Shown: one piece after another, positions 1 through 9,126 of the stretch | How the letters are laid out: each line of letters opens with the position of its first letter | How positions within the stretch are numbered: position 1 is the first letter of the stretch | From: a virus | Taxonomy: Duplodnaviria; Caudoviricetes | Length of the DNA: 44,797 nucleotides | Virus record (IMG/VR): IMGVR_UViG_3300020045_001886 | Span: 1-44,797 of that record | Reading direction: 5' to 3' (one strand) | Made by a program: the position numbers and the translations under genes | The notes under the pieces: model-generated | What the model was told of the DNA's origin: nothing | Seen by the model: the letters and a program-made list of their open reading frames with translations, nothing else | Database searches by the model: none

Positions 1-2
1 AG

Positions 3-182
3 GATGACTGGGCGTTGTCCAAGGGTTACACACATGAGGTGGATGTAATGGACGGAACGAGATTCGCTAGGGTTAAGAAGACTGTAGCTTATGTTCTATG
101 TGACGGTGAAGGCTGGTACGATGATCCGAAGGAACAGAAGTGGTTACTTAGTAAGAATGTAGAATTTAAACAAAGCAAGTAA
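3..182 (+). CDS. 3' end of hypothetical protein (truncated by window start)
   Basis: Open frame DDWALSKGYTHEVDV...EFKQSK ending in TAA at 180-182, overlapping the AAGGAG SD of the next gene. Confidence 0.7.
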   Translation, partial: DDWALSKGYTHEVDVMDGTRFARVKKTVAYVLCDGEGWYDDPKEQKWLLSKNVEFKQSK

Positions 183-185
183 GGA

Positions 186-881
186 GTGAATATGAAAGAC
201 AATGTAAAGAACAAAAAGAACCCAAACGGTATCCCAGAGGATTACCGAGTAGCTGAGTGTATCGAGGATTTTAAAGCAGGTGATATTGTGTACTGGGGTT
301 GGAAGAATTCACCTATAGTAAAAGGTGTAGTGGTTAAGGTTGATCATTCTTCTAAGAACGTGCACATCTCGTGGGAAGGTTCAGCTTATACTCCTTCGCA
401 CGGTGTTCGAGCGTTTGATTACATCTATGTTCAAGAGAAACAGAGTAAACCAACCAGTGTATTCTATGAAGATCAACGTGTACGTTGGCTTGGATCAAGT
501 ACAGTAGGTGTTGTATCTGGGGTTACAGACAAGGAAGTATTCGTCCGATGGGTTGGTCGTACGTACTCAAGTGCTTACGGGCTGGATGCATACGCGGAGA
601 TGCTTGAAGTGGTATCTGAATTAAATGCTGAGATGCAGCCAAGTGTGCACAGTCAGAAGCTCTGCAGTGGTTCACCAATACAACCAGTGAACAGTAAGAG
701 TGATATTACAGTTGATCTGAAGTTAACCTTGGATTTCAGTACTGAAGGTATTCGTGCAGTTATCCTAGATTGTGTACAGGCTGTGTTGAAGCAGGAGAAG
801 TACACTGAAGCAAAAGAGTTGTGTGAACTGTTGATTAGTCTCAAGGGATTAGAAGATTTAAATTCCAAGACTACAAAATAA
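186..881 (+). CDS. hypothetical protein with two short repeated beta-rich (SH3/KOW-like) segments
   Basis: 231-aa ORF with AAGGAG upstream (ATG 192 is an alternative start); FKAGDIVYW..GVVVKV..VHISW resembles FYEDQRVRW..GVVSGV..VFVRW. Confidence 0.75.
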   Translation: MNMKDNVKNKKNPNGIPEDYRVAECIEDFKAGDIVYWGWKNSPIVKGVVVKVDHSSKNVHISWEGSAYTPSHGVRAFDYIYVQEKQSKPTSVFYEDQRVRWLGSSTVGVVSGVTDKEVFVRWVGRTYSSAYGLDAYAEMLEVVSELNAEMQPSVHSQKLCSGSPIQPVNSKSDITVDLKLTLDFSTEGIRAVILDCVQAVLKQEKYTEAKELCELLISLKGLEDLNSKTTK

Positions 882-1167
882 ATCAGAAAATCGGAAGGGG
901 TTTGTGATTAAAAAGTCCAGATGCCCTTTTGGAGTCTTTGTTCTTTTCTACACCTGAATTAATTCATACAGAATCAGTGCTTTAAATTTCAAAAAGACCG
1001 TTTGGGTCTGGAATGGTTTTAGACTAAAGCCTCAGGGCAGTAAACCCTAGAAATTGCTCGAAAATAGCTGAAAATACCGTTCAGTCAGAGAATAGATTGG
1101 TTAGTTTCTGACTGTACAGTTCAGTCGTTTACTAGACTGTTCAGTATTATTCGGACTAGAGGGTATT

Positions 1168-1444
1168 GCTGGCAGGCTCATACACCAGGACGCCTACCGC
1201 TGACGCTGGCAGGCTCATACACCAGGACGCCTACCGCTGACGCTGGCAGGCTCATACACCAGGACGCCTACCGCTGACGCTGGCAGGCTCATACACCAGG
1301 ACGCCTACCGCTGACGCTGGCAGGCTCATACACCAGGACGCCTACCGCTGACGCTGGCAGGCTCATACACCAGGACGCCTACCGCTGACGCTGGCAGGCT
1401 CATACACCAGGACGCCTACCGCTGACGCTGGCAGGCTCATACAC
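1168..1444. repeat. perfect tandem repeat, 37-bp unit GCTGGCAGGCTCATACACCAGGACGCCTACCGCTGAC, 7 full copies plus an 18-nt partial
   Basis: Units start at 1168, 1205, 1242, 1279, 1316, 1353, 1390 and 1427; identical, no spacers; unit is 24/37 GC. Confidence 0.97.
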
Positions 1445-1591
1445 TGTAAGTAAATCGCGCATATACGCGTAGCATTTATCGTGCCATTTAGCTGGGATTT
1501 ATTTTTACGTTTATTTTCACCTTTTAGCGTACTGGGTGAATTTATGCACAAAATGCCGTTATACTTTAGCCATGCCAAGCAATAACGCAAG

Positions 1592-1807
1592 GTGAAACAA
1601 AAGAAACAAATGAAAAACACTAACTCCTTGTGGTTTAACGCAATGATCAAATACAGCAACACCGTGAAAAACATCACAAGCCTTTGGAACGTACCCCGCG
1701 CAATCGCTCAGGATATCCAGCGCAACATTGCAACCCGTCAATCGCAAATTGAGTGTAACAATATCGCCAAAATGTCCGCTGAGCTTCGCAGTCAGGTAGG
1801 TTTCTAA
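1592..1807 (+). CDS. small hypothetical early-region protein
   Basis: 71-aa ORF (ATG 1610 alternative), co-oriented with the following small-gene cluster. Confidence 0.5.
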   Translation: MKQKKQMKNTNSLWFNAMIKYSNTVKNITSLWNVPRAIAQDIQRNIATRQSQIECNNIAKMSAELRSQVGF

Positions 1808-1814
1808 ACAGGAA

Positions 1815-1850
1815 TAACCCTAGGAAAACCTAGGGTATTTTCTAGGGTTA
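1815..1850. repeat. inverted repeat with three CCCTAG/CTAGGG motifs
   Basis: TAACCCTAGGAAA...TTTCTAGGGTTA, running into TAGAAT; intergenic. Confidence 0.6.
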
Positions 1851-1887
1851 GAATCTAGGCTTACAACAACCAACTGAGATAAACAAA

Positions 1888-2073
1888 ATGAATTTCACCC
1901 GCTCAATTTTCAGCACTCCAAGCGGCCACCGTGTCTATGGTACAGGTACTGCTGTAATGGATGTGAATAAGTACGGCATTGTCACTTATTCCAATTTACT
2001 ACCTCACGCACAGGAATATAAAAATATGGTAGAATTCTATCAATTATCAAGCACAGGATCAAAATCAAAATGA
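1888..2073 (+). CDS. small hypothetical protein
   Basis: 61-aa ORF whose stop overlaps the next ATG (ATGA). Confidence 0.6.
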   Translation: MNFTRSIFSTPSGHRVYGTGTAVMDVNKYGIVTYSNLLPHAQEYKNMVEFYQLSSTGSKSK

Positions 2074-2144
2074 AAGCTCTAACAATTATCAACCTTGCAT
2101 TGTGGTTTTTTATTCTACCCTTGATCAGTTATTTAATGGGCTAG
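2070..2144 (+). CDS. putative 24-aa membrane peptide
   Basis: MKALTIINLALWFFILPLISYLMG; ATGA-coupled to the upstream gene, AGGA upstream; below ORF-track cutoff. Confidence 0.45.
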   Translation: MKALTIINLALWFFILPLISYLMG

Positions 2145-2266
2145 GGCGCAATTACAAAGTGCAACCGCTTTTGGGGTAGAATCAGCACAGTAAAGCGACA
2201 CATTAAACCCTTAATTAAACGAGGGTTTAACGGGTAATTTTACCCTTACATTTATGAGTTTCTATC

Positions 2267-2563
2267 ATGGCTAAAATCTCTAGTTCTTTGGTCCAAACTG
2301 GTCAATTCTGCACAGTGACCTTTATCACGAACTCCGGCGAAATCAGGACAATTAACGGGCGTACAGGTGTGACAAAATACAATACAGGCAAGGGTAAACG
2401 GTCGGCTCAAACTGAGCGGGATTATCTTTTGATTTATACCCGGTGCGGCTCTGTTCGATTCGATGCCCCGCGCAGTATCAACCGCATGAATATTATCAGC
2501 GTAAAAGCGCACGGCATTAAAGCGCAGAAAAACCCAGCGTCTGACTATGCAAGTAACGTATAA
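2267..2563 (+). CDS. hypothetical phage protein (SH3-like beta fold suspected)
   Basis: 98-aa ORF with the F-x-V-x-F...GEIRTINGRTGV pattern typical of small phage proteins. Confidence 0.7.
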   Translation: MAKISSSLVQTGQFCTVTFITNSGEIRTINGRTGVTKYNTGKGKRSAQTERDYLLIYTRCGSVRFDAPRSINRMNIISVKAHGIKAQKNPASDYASNV

Positions 2564-2605
2564 TCCAAGCTTGTATAAATTGGATTGCATTCAAAGGACT
2601 TTATC

Positions 2606-2845
2606 ATGCGCTACGTTAAAACAGTCACAATCACTTCTTATCGTGACCTAGAAAACATCCAGGTAGGCCAGTGGTTTAAATTCGCCACTATGCGCCGATC
2701 AACAGCAGGCCGTGGTCAATGGCTTGGAAAGACACCTGAAGGAATTGACGCGGTTAGAATGCAAGTTGGTTCCTTTGGTAAACCCAGTGACTTAACCAGG
2801 AATAAGTTGCAGCGTACGTGGGCGAAATCTAAGGGAGCTAAGTAA
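2606..2845 (+). CDS. hypothetical protein
   Basis: ATG 2606 preceded by AAGGA; 79 aa, basic. Confidence 0.65.
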   Translation: MRYVKTVTITSYRDLENIQVGQWFKFATMRRSTAGRGQWLGKTPEGIDAVRMQVGSFGKPSDLTRNKLQRTWAKSKGAK

Positions 2846-2846
2846 A

Positions 2847-2969
2847 ATGGAAACCAACGAAATGAGCTACAATAAAGATATGAACAATCAGGACTACGAA
2901 GATAAGCGACAGCAGGGGAAACCCTCAAAAGAACGCCAGCAAGCACGCGAACAAAAGCGGCAGTTTTAA
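2847..2969 (+). CDS. putative 40-aa hydrophilic peptide
   Basis: METNEMSYNK...REQKRQF; GGAG upstream; fills the gap between neighbouring genes. Confidence 0.45.
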   Translation: METNEMSYNKDMNNQDYEDKRQQGKPSKERQQAREQKRQF

Positions 2970-2991
2970 TTCAACTTTTAACAGGTGAGAT

Positions 2992-3195
2992 ATGATTTAC
3001 AGAAAGTATACAATCGAAACACAATACTTACCTGGGGCTGACTTTACAGTAGATAATAATGGTAAAGTAAAGGACAGAAAACCGACTATTAAGGATGTGG
3101 ATTATTACAGCATTACAGCGCCTTGCGGTGCAAGGTTAGTTAATGAGCTTACACTAACAGAATCAAAGCAATCAATAGATAGGTGCATATCATGA
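2992..3195 (+). CDS. hypothetical protein
   Basis: 67-aa ORF, AGGTGA upstream, ATGA overlap with next gene. Confidence 0.65.
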   Translation: MIYRKYTIETQYLPGADFTVDNNGKVKDRKPTIKDVDYYSITAPCGARLVNELTLTESKQSIDRCIS

Positions 3196-3386
3196 AATTA
3201 ATCCAGACAATCCACCGGGCGAGCGGGCACAGTGCGAAGGTTTTCTACAGGGACATTGACAGTAATTACGTTGTTATTTATTACTATAAGGGCTCACCAT
3301 TGCGCGATTATTTCACATCAGTTTTACAGGATGCTATTGATACAGCACAACTTGAACTGATGGTAATTCAGGATTTAGACGAGTAG
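3192..3386 (+). CDS. hypothetical protein
   Basis: ATG 3192 with AGGTG SD; 64 aa. Confidence 0.65.
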   Translation: MKLIQTIHRASGHSAKVFYRDIDSNYVVIYYYKGSPLRDYFTSVLQDAIDTAQLELMVIQDLDE

Positions 3387-3470
3387 AATTTCAGATTATG
3401 CCGCTATTTAAAGTGGTGGCATAGTCGGGGATTTTCCCGGCTTGGCTTTACATTTAACAGAGCATATATT

Positions 3471-3929
3471 ATGGCTTACCTCAAAGACTCAAATGGTTTC
3501 GTTTTTACTTCAGATTACCCACAGCATCACATGGACTGCACCAAGTTGACTATTAAGACAGGTAAATCTGAACTGAAAGCACAGTGTATCGTTAATCTTA
3601 AGGCACTGATTAAACCCGGCGATACTGTGAGCACGAGTTGCTTGCACGTTTCAAGCTCTGGACTGTCGCGCCGGATCAGTTTCTATATTGTTGATCCACG
3701 CGATAACTCTATCTTAAACATCGATCATTACGTGTCGGTTATCACCGACTACAAGCACAGTGACAAGGGTGGTTTAATCGTAAGTGGATGCGGAATGGAT
3801 ATGGGCTTCGCGGTGGTGTATAGGCTTGGGTCAATGCTGTGGCCTACAGGGACGGATACCCCACACGGAACGCGGAATGGATGCCCTGATAGTTCAGGGG
3901 GTTATGCGCTGAAACAGCGGTGGTTGTAA
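3471..3929 (+). CDS. conserved phage hypothetical protein
   Basis: 152 aa; HVSSSGLSRRISFY and GCGMDMGF motifs recognisable from phage early-region proteins. Confidence 0.8.
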   Translation: MAYLKDSNGFVFTSDYPQHHMDCTKLTIKTGKSELKAQCIVNLKALIKPGDTVSTSCLHVSSSGLSRRISFYIVDPRDNSILNIDHYVSVITDYKHSDKGGLIVSGCGMDMGFAVVYRLGSMLWPTGTDTPHGTRNGCPDSSGGYALKQRWL

Positions 3930-3970
3930 TCGGGTATAGTTCATTCTCTTTTCATTATTCAAGTACTATT

Positions 3971-4882
3971 ATGTCAATCACAAAAACCAAGCAATCAAAG
4001 CCTCAGTCAATCGGTTCGACCCTAAAGGTTCGCCCCTCGAACGTCATCCTATACGAGGGGTCATCGTTAATCGACGGATCACCCATCGTAGTGATCTTGA
4101 CGGGTTTAAGCCAAGCATCATCGAACGCTAAGACAGGGGACGCTGACAATCAGATGCTACAAACTTGGATACTGCGCGGGGATAACGTCAATCCAATCGA
4201 AGCATCCAGACTAGGACTAGATCGTGGTATCTGCGGGGATTGTCCGCATAAGGGAACCCCTAATTTAACCAAAGCTACAGGCTGGGCAGATAATCGGAGT
4301 TGTTACGTTAACCTCCTGTTTGCACCTTCAGCTATCTACAAGAGTTATAAACGCGGCTCTTACAAGCGCATCACACGAGATCAGATAAGCGCAGTCGGTA
4401 AGGGTCAGAGTATCCGCTTGGGTAGTTTCGGTGATCCGGCCGCTTGCCCTCAATTTATCTGGGATGAATTATTAAAGCACAGCGTTAGCCATACAGGATA
4501 CAGTCACGCGAGCGGCTCCAAGGGTTCAGACGGCAAGAGTATTAAGGTTGATCCTGCTTTAATGGTCAGTGCTGATAGTCGTGCAAGTGCTCACGCTTAT
4601 CAGTCGCTATACCAGCGCCGCACCTTTAGGGTTATCGATGTGAAGACTTGGGAGCAGCAGGGTAAGAAAGCTTTGCTTAAAACTGAAGTACTCTGCCCAG
4701 CATCAACCGAAGGGTTCAGGGAGGGGGTTACGTGCTCAACCTGCGGCTTGTGCAACGGGGTAATCGTTGATAACCAGCATAAGAACAACGCACAGAGCAA
4801 CGGGGGAGCAACGCAAGTAACTATGCGGAAGAGCATCGCTATTGTTGCGCATGGTACCAGCAAAGCATCGTTCAAGGGCTAA
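3971..4882 (+). CDS. Cys-rich putative metal/Fe-S enzyme (Gp88-like, radical-SAM-like suspected)
   Basis: SNAKTG, CGDCPH...CYV, IRLGSFGDP, HTGYSH, MVSAD and CPA...CSTCGLC motifs; family assigned by resemblance only. Confidence 0.6.
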   Translation: MSITKTKQSKPQSIGSTLKVRPSNVILYEGSSLIDGSPIVVILTGLSQASSNAKTGDADNQMLQTWILRGDNVNPIEASRLGLDRGICGDCPHKGTPNLTKATGWADNRSCYVNLLFAPSAIYKSYKRGSYKRITRDQISAVGKGQSIRLGSFGDPAACPQFIWDELLKHSVSHTGYSHASGSKGSDGKSIKVDPALMVSADSRASAHAYQSLYQRRTFRVIDVKTWEQQGKKALLKTEVLCPASTEGFREGVTCSTCGLCNGVIVDNQHKNNAQSNGGATQVTMRKSIAIVAHGTSKASFKG

Positions 4883-4883
4883 C

Positions 4884-5114
4884 ATGACAACATTATATAT
4901 AAAACCAGCGTTAACAGATCAAGCAGGGCAATGCAGAATATACCTTAACCCTAAATTAGATTGTGGCACCTACGATTCAAACCCGCAGGCATGGCGCGAA
5001 GTCGGTCTAATGAATAGCGAGGGGTTTATTGTATGCGGTGAGCCAATAGTGTACTCTGAGATGAAAGATTGTGAACCACTGATGGCAGGTATGCTTTTTA
5101 AGGTGAAAGGTTAA
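4884..5114 (+). CDS. hypothetical protein
   Basis: ATG 4884 immediately after the upstream stop; 76 aa. Confidence 0.6.
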   Translation: MTTLYIKPALTDQAGQCRIYLNPKLDCGTYDSNPQAWREVGLMNSEGFIVCGEPIVYSEMKDCEPLMAGMLFKVKG

Positions 5115-5117
5115 TCC

Positions 5118-5237
5118 ATGCTTATAGTCATGTACTTTTTGAGCGTACCGTTCACGGTCTATGTAGTGCTAGGAATGGCGGTAGTGGCGTTGCAGATCAT
5201 AGTATGGGGGCATGATATGCTATATCCACCAGCATAA
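5118..5237 (+). CDS. putative 39-aa membrane peptide
   Basis: MLIVMYFLSVPFTVYVVLGMAVVALQIIVWG...; AAGG SD; followed by a terminator. Confidence 0.45.
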   Translation: MLIVMYFLSVPFTVYVVLGMAVVALQIIVWGHDMLYPPA

Positions 5238-5262
5238 ACAGAGCTGATTTTCACGCTATAAC

Positions 5263-5284
5263 GGCCCCTTCAATGGGGCTTTTT
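5263..5284 (+). terminator. rho-independent terminator ending the early cluster
   Basis: GGCCCC-TTCAAT-GGGGCT followed by TTTT. Confidence 0.75.
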
Positions 5285-5974
5285 ATCGTCCATTGATATA
5301 CACGTTTATGCGCTGAATATGATGCTGGGTTTAACCATTCGCTATCGTCGCACGTGTAACCAGCATAATCCACTACATTTATCACTATCCACGCTATAAA
5401 CCCACGTTACACCCTCATTCCAGCGCAATAATCCACTATAAAGCGCCGGTATAGCAGCATAAAACACCGCAGAAGCGCACGAATAAACGGCGATAAAATG
5501 ATGCTACAGCGACCGTAGATATTTTAGGTTCTTAACGGAAAGTGAAACGGGGTGGCGGGGTGTCTGTCTAACCCATGTGCCGGCCAGCAGTTAGCAACCA
5601 ATGAACTATCAACGATGTAACAAAAGATTAACAACTGATTCCACCATTGATATTACACACATGAAACACACGCTACAGCACTGATTAAACGCCACCAAAC
5701 ACACCTAGAACGCACGATAATCAGCACGGAGTACACACGTAGCCAACATAAGCTCTAGCGGTTGTACGGGTGTTTAAATGAAGGTGTAACGAAGGCTTAC
5801 TTAAGGTATACCCTACATTGCAATACACATAGAATATGCATTGTTCTTGATATTTATGCTTAGTTTTATTTACTAGCTTCTTAATTACTGGTACTCTAAA
5901 ATTTATAAATACTTAAGGGTAAGACACGTAGAAACACACATTGTCTTTCATGTAGTAGATGGATATTTACAGGT

Positions 5975-6008
5975 AAAAGAAAAGACCCAAGGATTTCTCC
6001 AAGGGTCT
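5975..6008 (-). terminator. rho-independent terminator of the minus-strand cluster
   Basis: AGACCC...GGGTCT stem preceded on + by an A-tract; just downstream of the Clp-like gene. Confidence 0.7.
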
Positions 6009-6034
6009 ATGTAATTTTAAAATTTAATTAGATA

Positions 6035-7084
6035 CTACTTCTGGTTTGCAATAAGTGCTTTAATTTCTAACCCATCAGCTTCTAGCATTTCTGAAGCATG
6101 CAACGCCCATATATCCTTAGTACTCTCATAAACACTATAGAAATGTTTTACCAGATTAGTACGCGCTGCTCGTGTGAATTTACTACCAAGTAAAGTCTTG
6201 TCTACTGGAATATCTTTAGGTTGAACATCAGACTTTACCTCCGCACAAGGCCACACACCCATAACCTTAACTTCATCTGTGAAGCAATCGCATGTAGAGC
6301 AATCCTTACCTACACCACAACCTAACTTCTCGTCGCACTCTTCGTACTCACCGCAACTACAATTATCACAGTCTCCTTCGCATTCAATCTCTACTTCCTC
6401 CTGCTCCAGTAGCTCCTCTCGCTTAATCAATCTATTCTGAATCTCTACTGCATTTAACCACAGCTCCTTACCTTCGATACAAGCACCGATCTCATCCTCC
6501 GTCAGAAACCCCCAGTAGATGCCTCGGAATACTTCAGCACCTGTATCATGCGTGTGGTCAACGAATGCTTTAATATCACTGGACTTACCTGCAGTTCCAT
6601 ACCGAACGAAGTGGCACAGCATACTAGCAAAGGGAGATACCTGTACCTCATCACAACTCAATGCAAGCATACTAGCTGCTGAGTGGCACTCTCCGTTCAT
6701 GTACGCTATGGTAGTAGCCTCTGTACGTAATACTGCAGACAATAAAGCTGTGAGTCCATTGTAAGCTCCACCGGGTGAATGAATCTCGAATTTGATTAGA
6801 TCATTCTCGGATGTGTTAGTGATACGTTGAGCTACGTGACGGTAGTAACTAGCTTCTCGGATACGTGTATCAATAGGGATGGTCAAGCACACAGATACTT
6901 GCTGTTCTTCGGTATAGCCAAGGAATGATTCCTGAGGTTCTTCTTCGTAGTCGTCTTCGTTTAGACGTGGAGAACTCATACTTGCTTTGATAGCATAACC
7001 TACACCTTCTTGATATTTAGTAGAGTGATATTTGCCTACCTGATATTTACCTGTAGTGTATTTATTTGTATTGTTGAATTTCAT
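6035..7084 (-). CDS. ClpP-like serine protease with N- and C-terminal extensions
   Basis: IHSPGG, ECHSAASML (catalytic Ser), MLCH (His) and ELWLNAVE motifs of the ClpP/S14 fold. Confidence 0.85.
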   Translation of the reverse strand: MKFNNTNKYTTGKYQVGKYHSTKYQEGVGYAIKASMSSPRLNEDDYEEEPQESFLGYTEEQQVSVCLTIPIDTRIREASYYRHVAQRITNTSENDLIKFEIHSPGGAYNGLTALLSAVLRTEATTIAYMNGECHSAASMLALSCDEVQVSPFASMLCHFVRYGTAGKSSDIKAFVDHTHDTGAEVFRGIYWGFLTEDEIGACIEGKELWLNAVEIQNRLIKREELLEQEEVEIECEGDCDNCSCGEYEECDEKLGCGVGKDCSTCDCFTDEVKVMGVWPCAEVKSDVQPKDIPVDKTLLGSKFTRAARTNLVKHFYSVYESTKDIWALHASEMLEADGLEIKALIANQK

Positions 7085-7142
7085 GTATTGTCCTTATAAG
7101 ACGAACCCTCAGAGGCGAGGATTCTAGTTTTAAAATTAGTAG

Positions 7143-7919
7143 TTATCGACCAACTTTGAATTGCTTGTCTGTGTTAGATTTAGAAATAATAGCAGTACCA
7201 TCCAGATCAGCTTTCATCTCTTCCTCAAAAGCAATAACGAAATCACGAGTAATATCACTACGACAGATATCATCACGATTGAACTTAATATTAGCTGTAT
7301 CTGGGATATTGTATTTCTGTACCAGCTTCTCTAAGTACGTCAATCCATCCATACCGTTCTTAACATCAGTCTGTAAACCTGAGTTATCACCGCAGAAGAT
7401 CATCTGAGAGTTTGTACCAATGCGAGTAGTCAAGGCTTGAATCTCAGGTACGAACAAGTTCTGTGCCTCATCGACAATAATAATTGCATCCGACCAACTG
7501 CGACCACGAATAGTCTCTAGCGAACAAATCTCAATACTTCCATTCTTGATGTAAATCTCTGTGGATGCTTTGCCTAAGTAATCCTCGAAGTAGTCAACCA
7601 TTTGTTGGTAGTACGGCATCAGTTTAGCCAAAGCATCACCCGGCATAAAACCAATAGTTCGCCCAGCCAAAGGTTGATATGCACGCAGTAGAACCACCTT
7701 CTTAACATCACCAAAGAACAACTTACGTGCTGCGTGGTGAACCCCTAAAAGTGTTTTTCCAGCACCAGCGCTACCTTGAGCAACAATGATAGTATTGAAC
7801 TTCAGTGCATCCAGCATTTCCTTCTGATGTTCATTCATTGGAAGAAGAACTGGGAATTGTACCCGAGTGAACTTCTCTTTTTGTATACGATCTGATTGGA
7901 CTTTTTGATTACGTTTCAT
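7143..7919 (-). CDS. phoH: PhoH-family ATPase
   Basis: GSAGAGKT, GFMPG, IRGRSW, IIVDEAQN, TRIG and FCGD motifs. Confidence 0.95.
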   Translation of the reverse strand: MKRNQKVQSDRIQKEKFTRVQFPVLLPMNEHQKEMLDALKFNTIIVAQGSAGAGKTLLGVHHAARKLFFGDVKKVVLLRAYQPLAGRTIGFMPGDALAKLMPYYQQMVDYFEDYLGKASTEIYIKNGSIEICSLETIRGRSWSDAIIIVDEAQNLFVPEIQALTTRIGTNSQMIFCGDNSGLQTDVKNGMDGLTYLEKLVQKYNIPDTANIKFNRDDICRSDITRDFVIAFEEEMKADLDGTAIISKSNTDKQFKVGR

Positions 7920-7984
7920 ATTTTGATACCTTTCTTGGACTAATAAAATGTACCTGCAGCTAAACAGGCACGGTACTTACTCTG

Positions 7985-8266
7985 TTACTCCACTACCTCA
8001 TACGTCATCTCTAGAATGCCAGGTTTACACGGGTAAAACTCACCCTTAACACCTTTAATAATCCAGTCGTTAATACTGGCGAACATACGTCCTTCAAGTG
8101 TATGAATATGCAGACCTTCTTTCTGTACTAGGTCAACGTACTCTGACCATTTGCCTGAAGAAATACCAGTGTGATTATCTGTGAATTTAATTACTTCAAC
8201 TAGATTTAAACCAGTCCACTGAACAGCTTCAATTACTACTGGTTTCTTACGGAATTTCATAATCAT
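7985..8266 (-). CDS. conserved phage protein (PGDYG-like family)
   Basis: KFRKKPVVIEAVQWTG...TLEG...DWIIKGVKGEFYPCKP...TYE, a widespread phage pattern. Confidence 0.85.
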   Translation of the reverse strand: MIMKFRKKPVVIEAVQWTGLNLVEVIKFTDNHTGISSGKWSEYVDLVQKEGLHIHTLEGRMFASINDWIIKGVKGEFYPCKPGILEMTYEVVE

Positions 8267-8277
8267 TCTATTTCTCC

Positions 8278-8526
8278 TTAAGTCTTAACCATACCACTTA
8301 AGTTGAACTTAACTGGATGACCATATTGATTGCACTCAATCTCGATACTACTGTACTTGAATGTACTGTATGAAGCACCACCATCTTTAGTCAAGACAAT
8401 AGGATACTCCACACAATCCAGAGTAAGTTCAACAGTGTCAATCTCCGTGACTAGCCTGAGTTCAACTCCAGTGTCTGCACAATATACCTTAGCTGCGGTG
8501 TCAGTGTTGGCTGGTGTGTAAATCAT
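8278..8526 (-). CDS. hypothetical protein
   Basis: 82 aa, AAGGAG SD. Confidence 0.75.
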   Translation of the reverse strand: MIYTPANTDTAAKVYCADTGVELRLVTEIDTVELTLDCVEYPIVLTKDGGASYSTFKYSSIEIECNQYGHPVKFNLSGMVKT

Positions 8527-8536
8527 TTAATTCTCC

Positions 8537-8815
8537 TTACTTCTCCTTGCGTTTATACTGCCGTGCGTACTTCTCAGCTACCTCTTTTAACACCTCGGGT
8601 CCAACTGTTGGTTTATCCTCCTGTACTACACCACCAAGACCCGGAAAGGGCTCTTCTGTGGTCTTCACAAGTGTGAACGTAATCATACTACCGAATTGCT
8701 GCGGGTATCCTTCGTTGCTCTCTAGATCAATAGTATAACCCATGATAATCCCATCTTGAGCCTGCTGCAATGCTTCAGCTAGACTGTAGGCTTGTACTTT
8801 AATAATCTCTGTCAT
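8537..8815 (-). CDS. hypothetical protein
   Basis: 92 aa, AAGGA SD. Confidence 0.75.
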   Translation of the reverse strand: MTEIIKVQAYSLAEALQQAQDGIIMGYTIDLESNEGYPQQFGSMITFTLVKTTEEPFPGLGGVVQEDKPTVGPEVLKEVAEKYARQYKRKEK

Positions 8816-8878
8816 GTATATTTCCTTTCGTGTATAAATATCTCTTTAAGCGGATATTGTTGCTTTATCTTGTATGAG

Positions 8879-9109
8879 CTATTGTAACTTAGTTTTAAGC
8901 CACTGCAAGACTCTCTGTATTGTACTTAATCTTAATTCCCAGTACTTACACTCCTTAAACCATCCACGTCTGGCATAGCACGATACAGCTTTTGGTCTTC
9001 CATCAGAAGGACTCACTGGTGATATTACAGGATGCTCACACCACAGACTGACGCACGACCTACTGTACTTACAATCCGTGCAGTACTTCGTTTCTAGCTT
9101 ATCAGACAA
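8879..9109 (-). CDS. small Cys-rich hypothetical protein
   Basis: TTG start with AAGGAG SD; CTDC...CEHP...C...C. Confidence 0.7.
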   Translation of the reverse strand: MSDKLETKYCTDCKYSRSCVSLWCEHPVISPVSPSDGRPKAVSCYARRGWFKECKYWELRLSTIQRVLQWLKTKLQ

Positions 9110-9126
9110 TTTTATTCTCCTTAGTC

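Noticed and set aside
1168-1444. CRISPR array
   Set aside because: Units are directly adjacent and identical, with no spacers and no cas genes in the window
1363-1747. Minus-strand ORFs 1363-1677 and 1559-1747
   Set aside because: Antisense to the early cluster; one runs into the tandem repeat; no recognisable protein features
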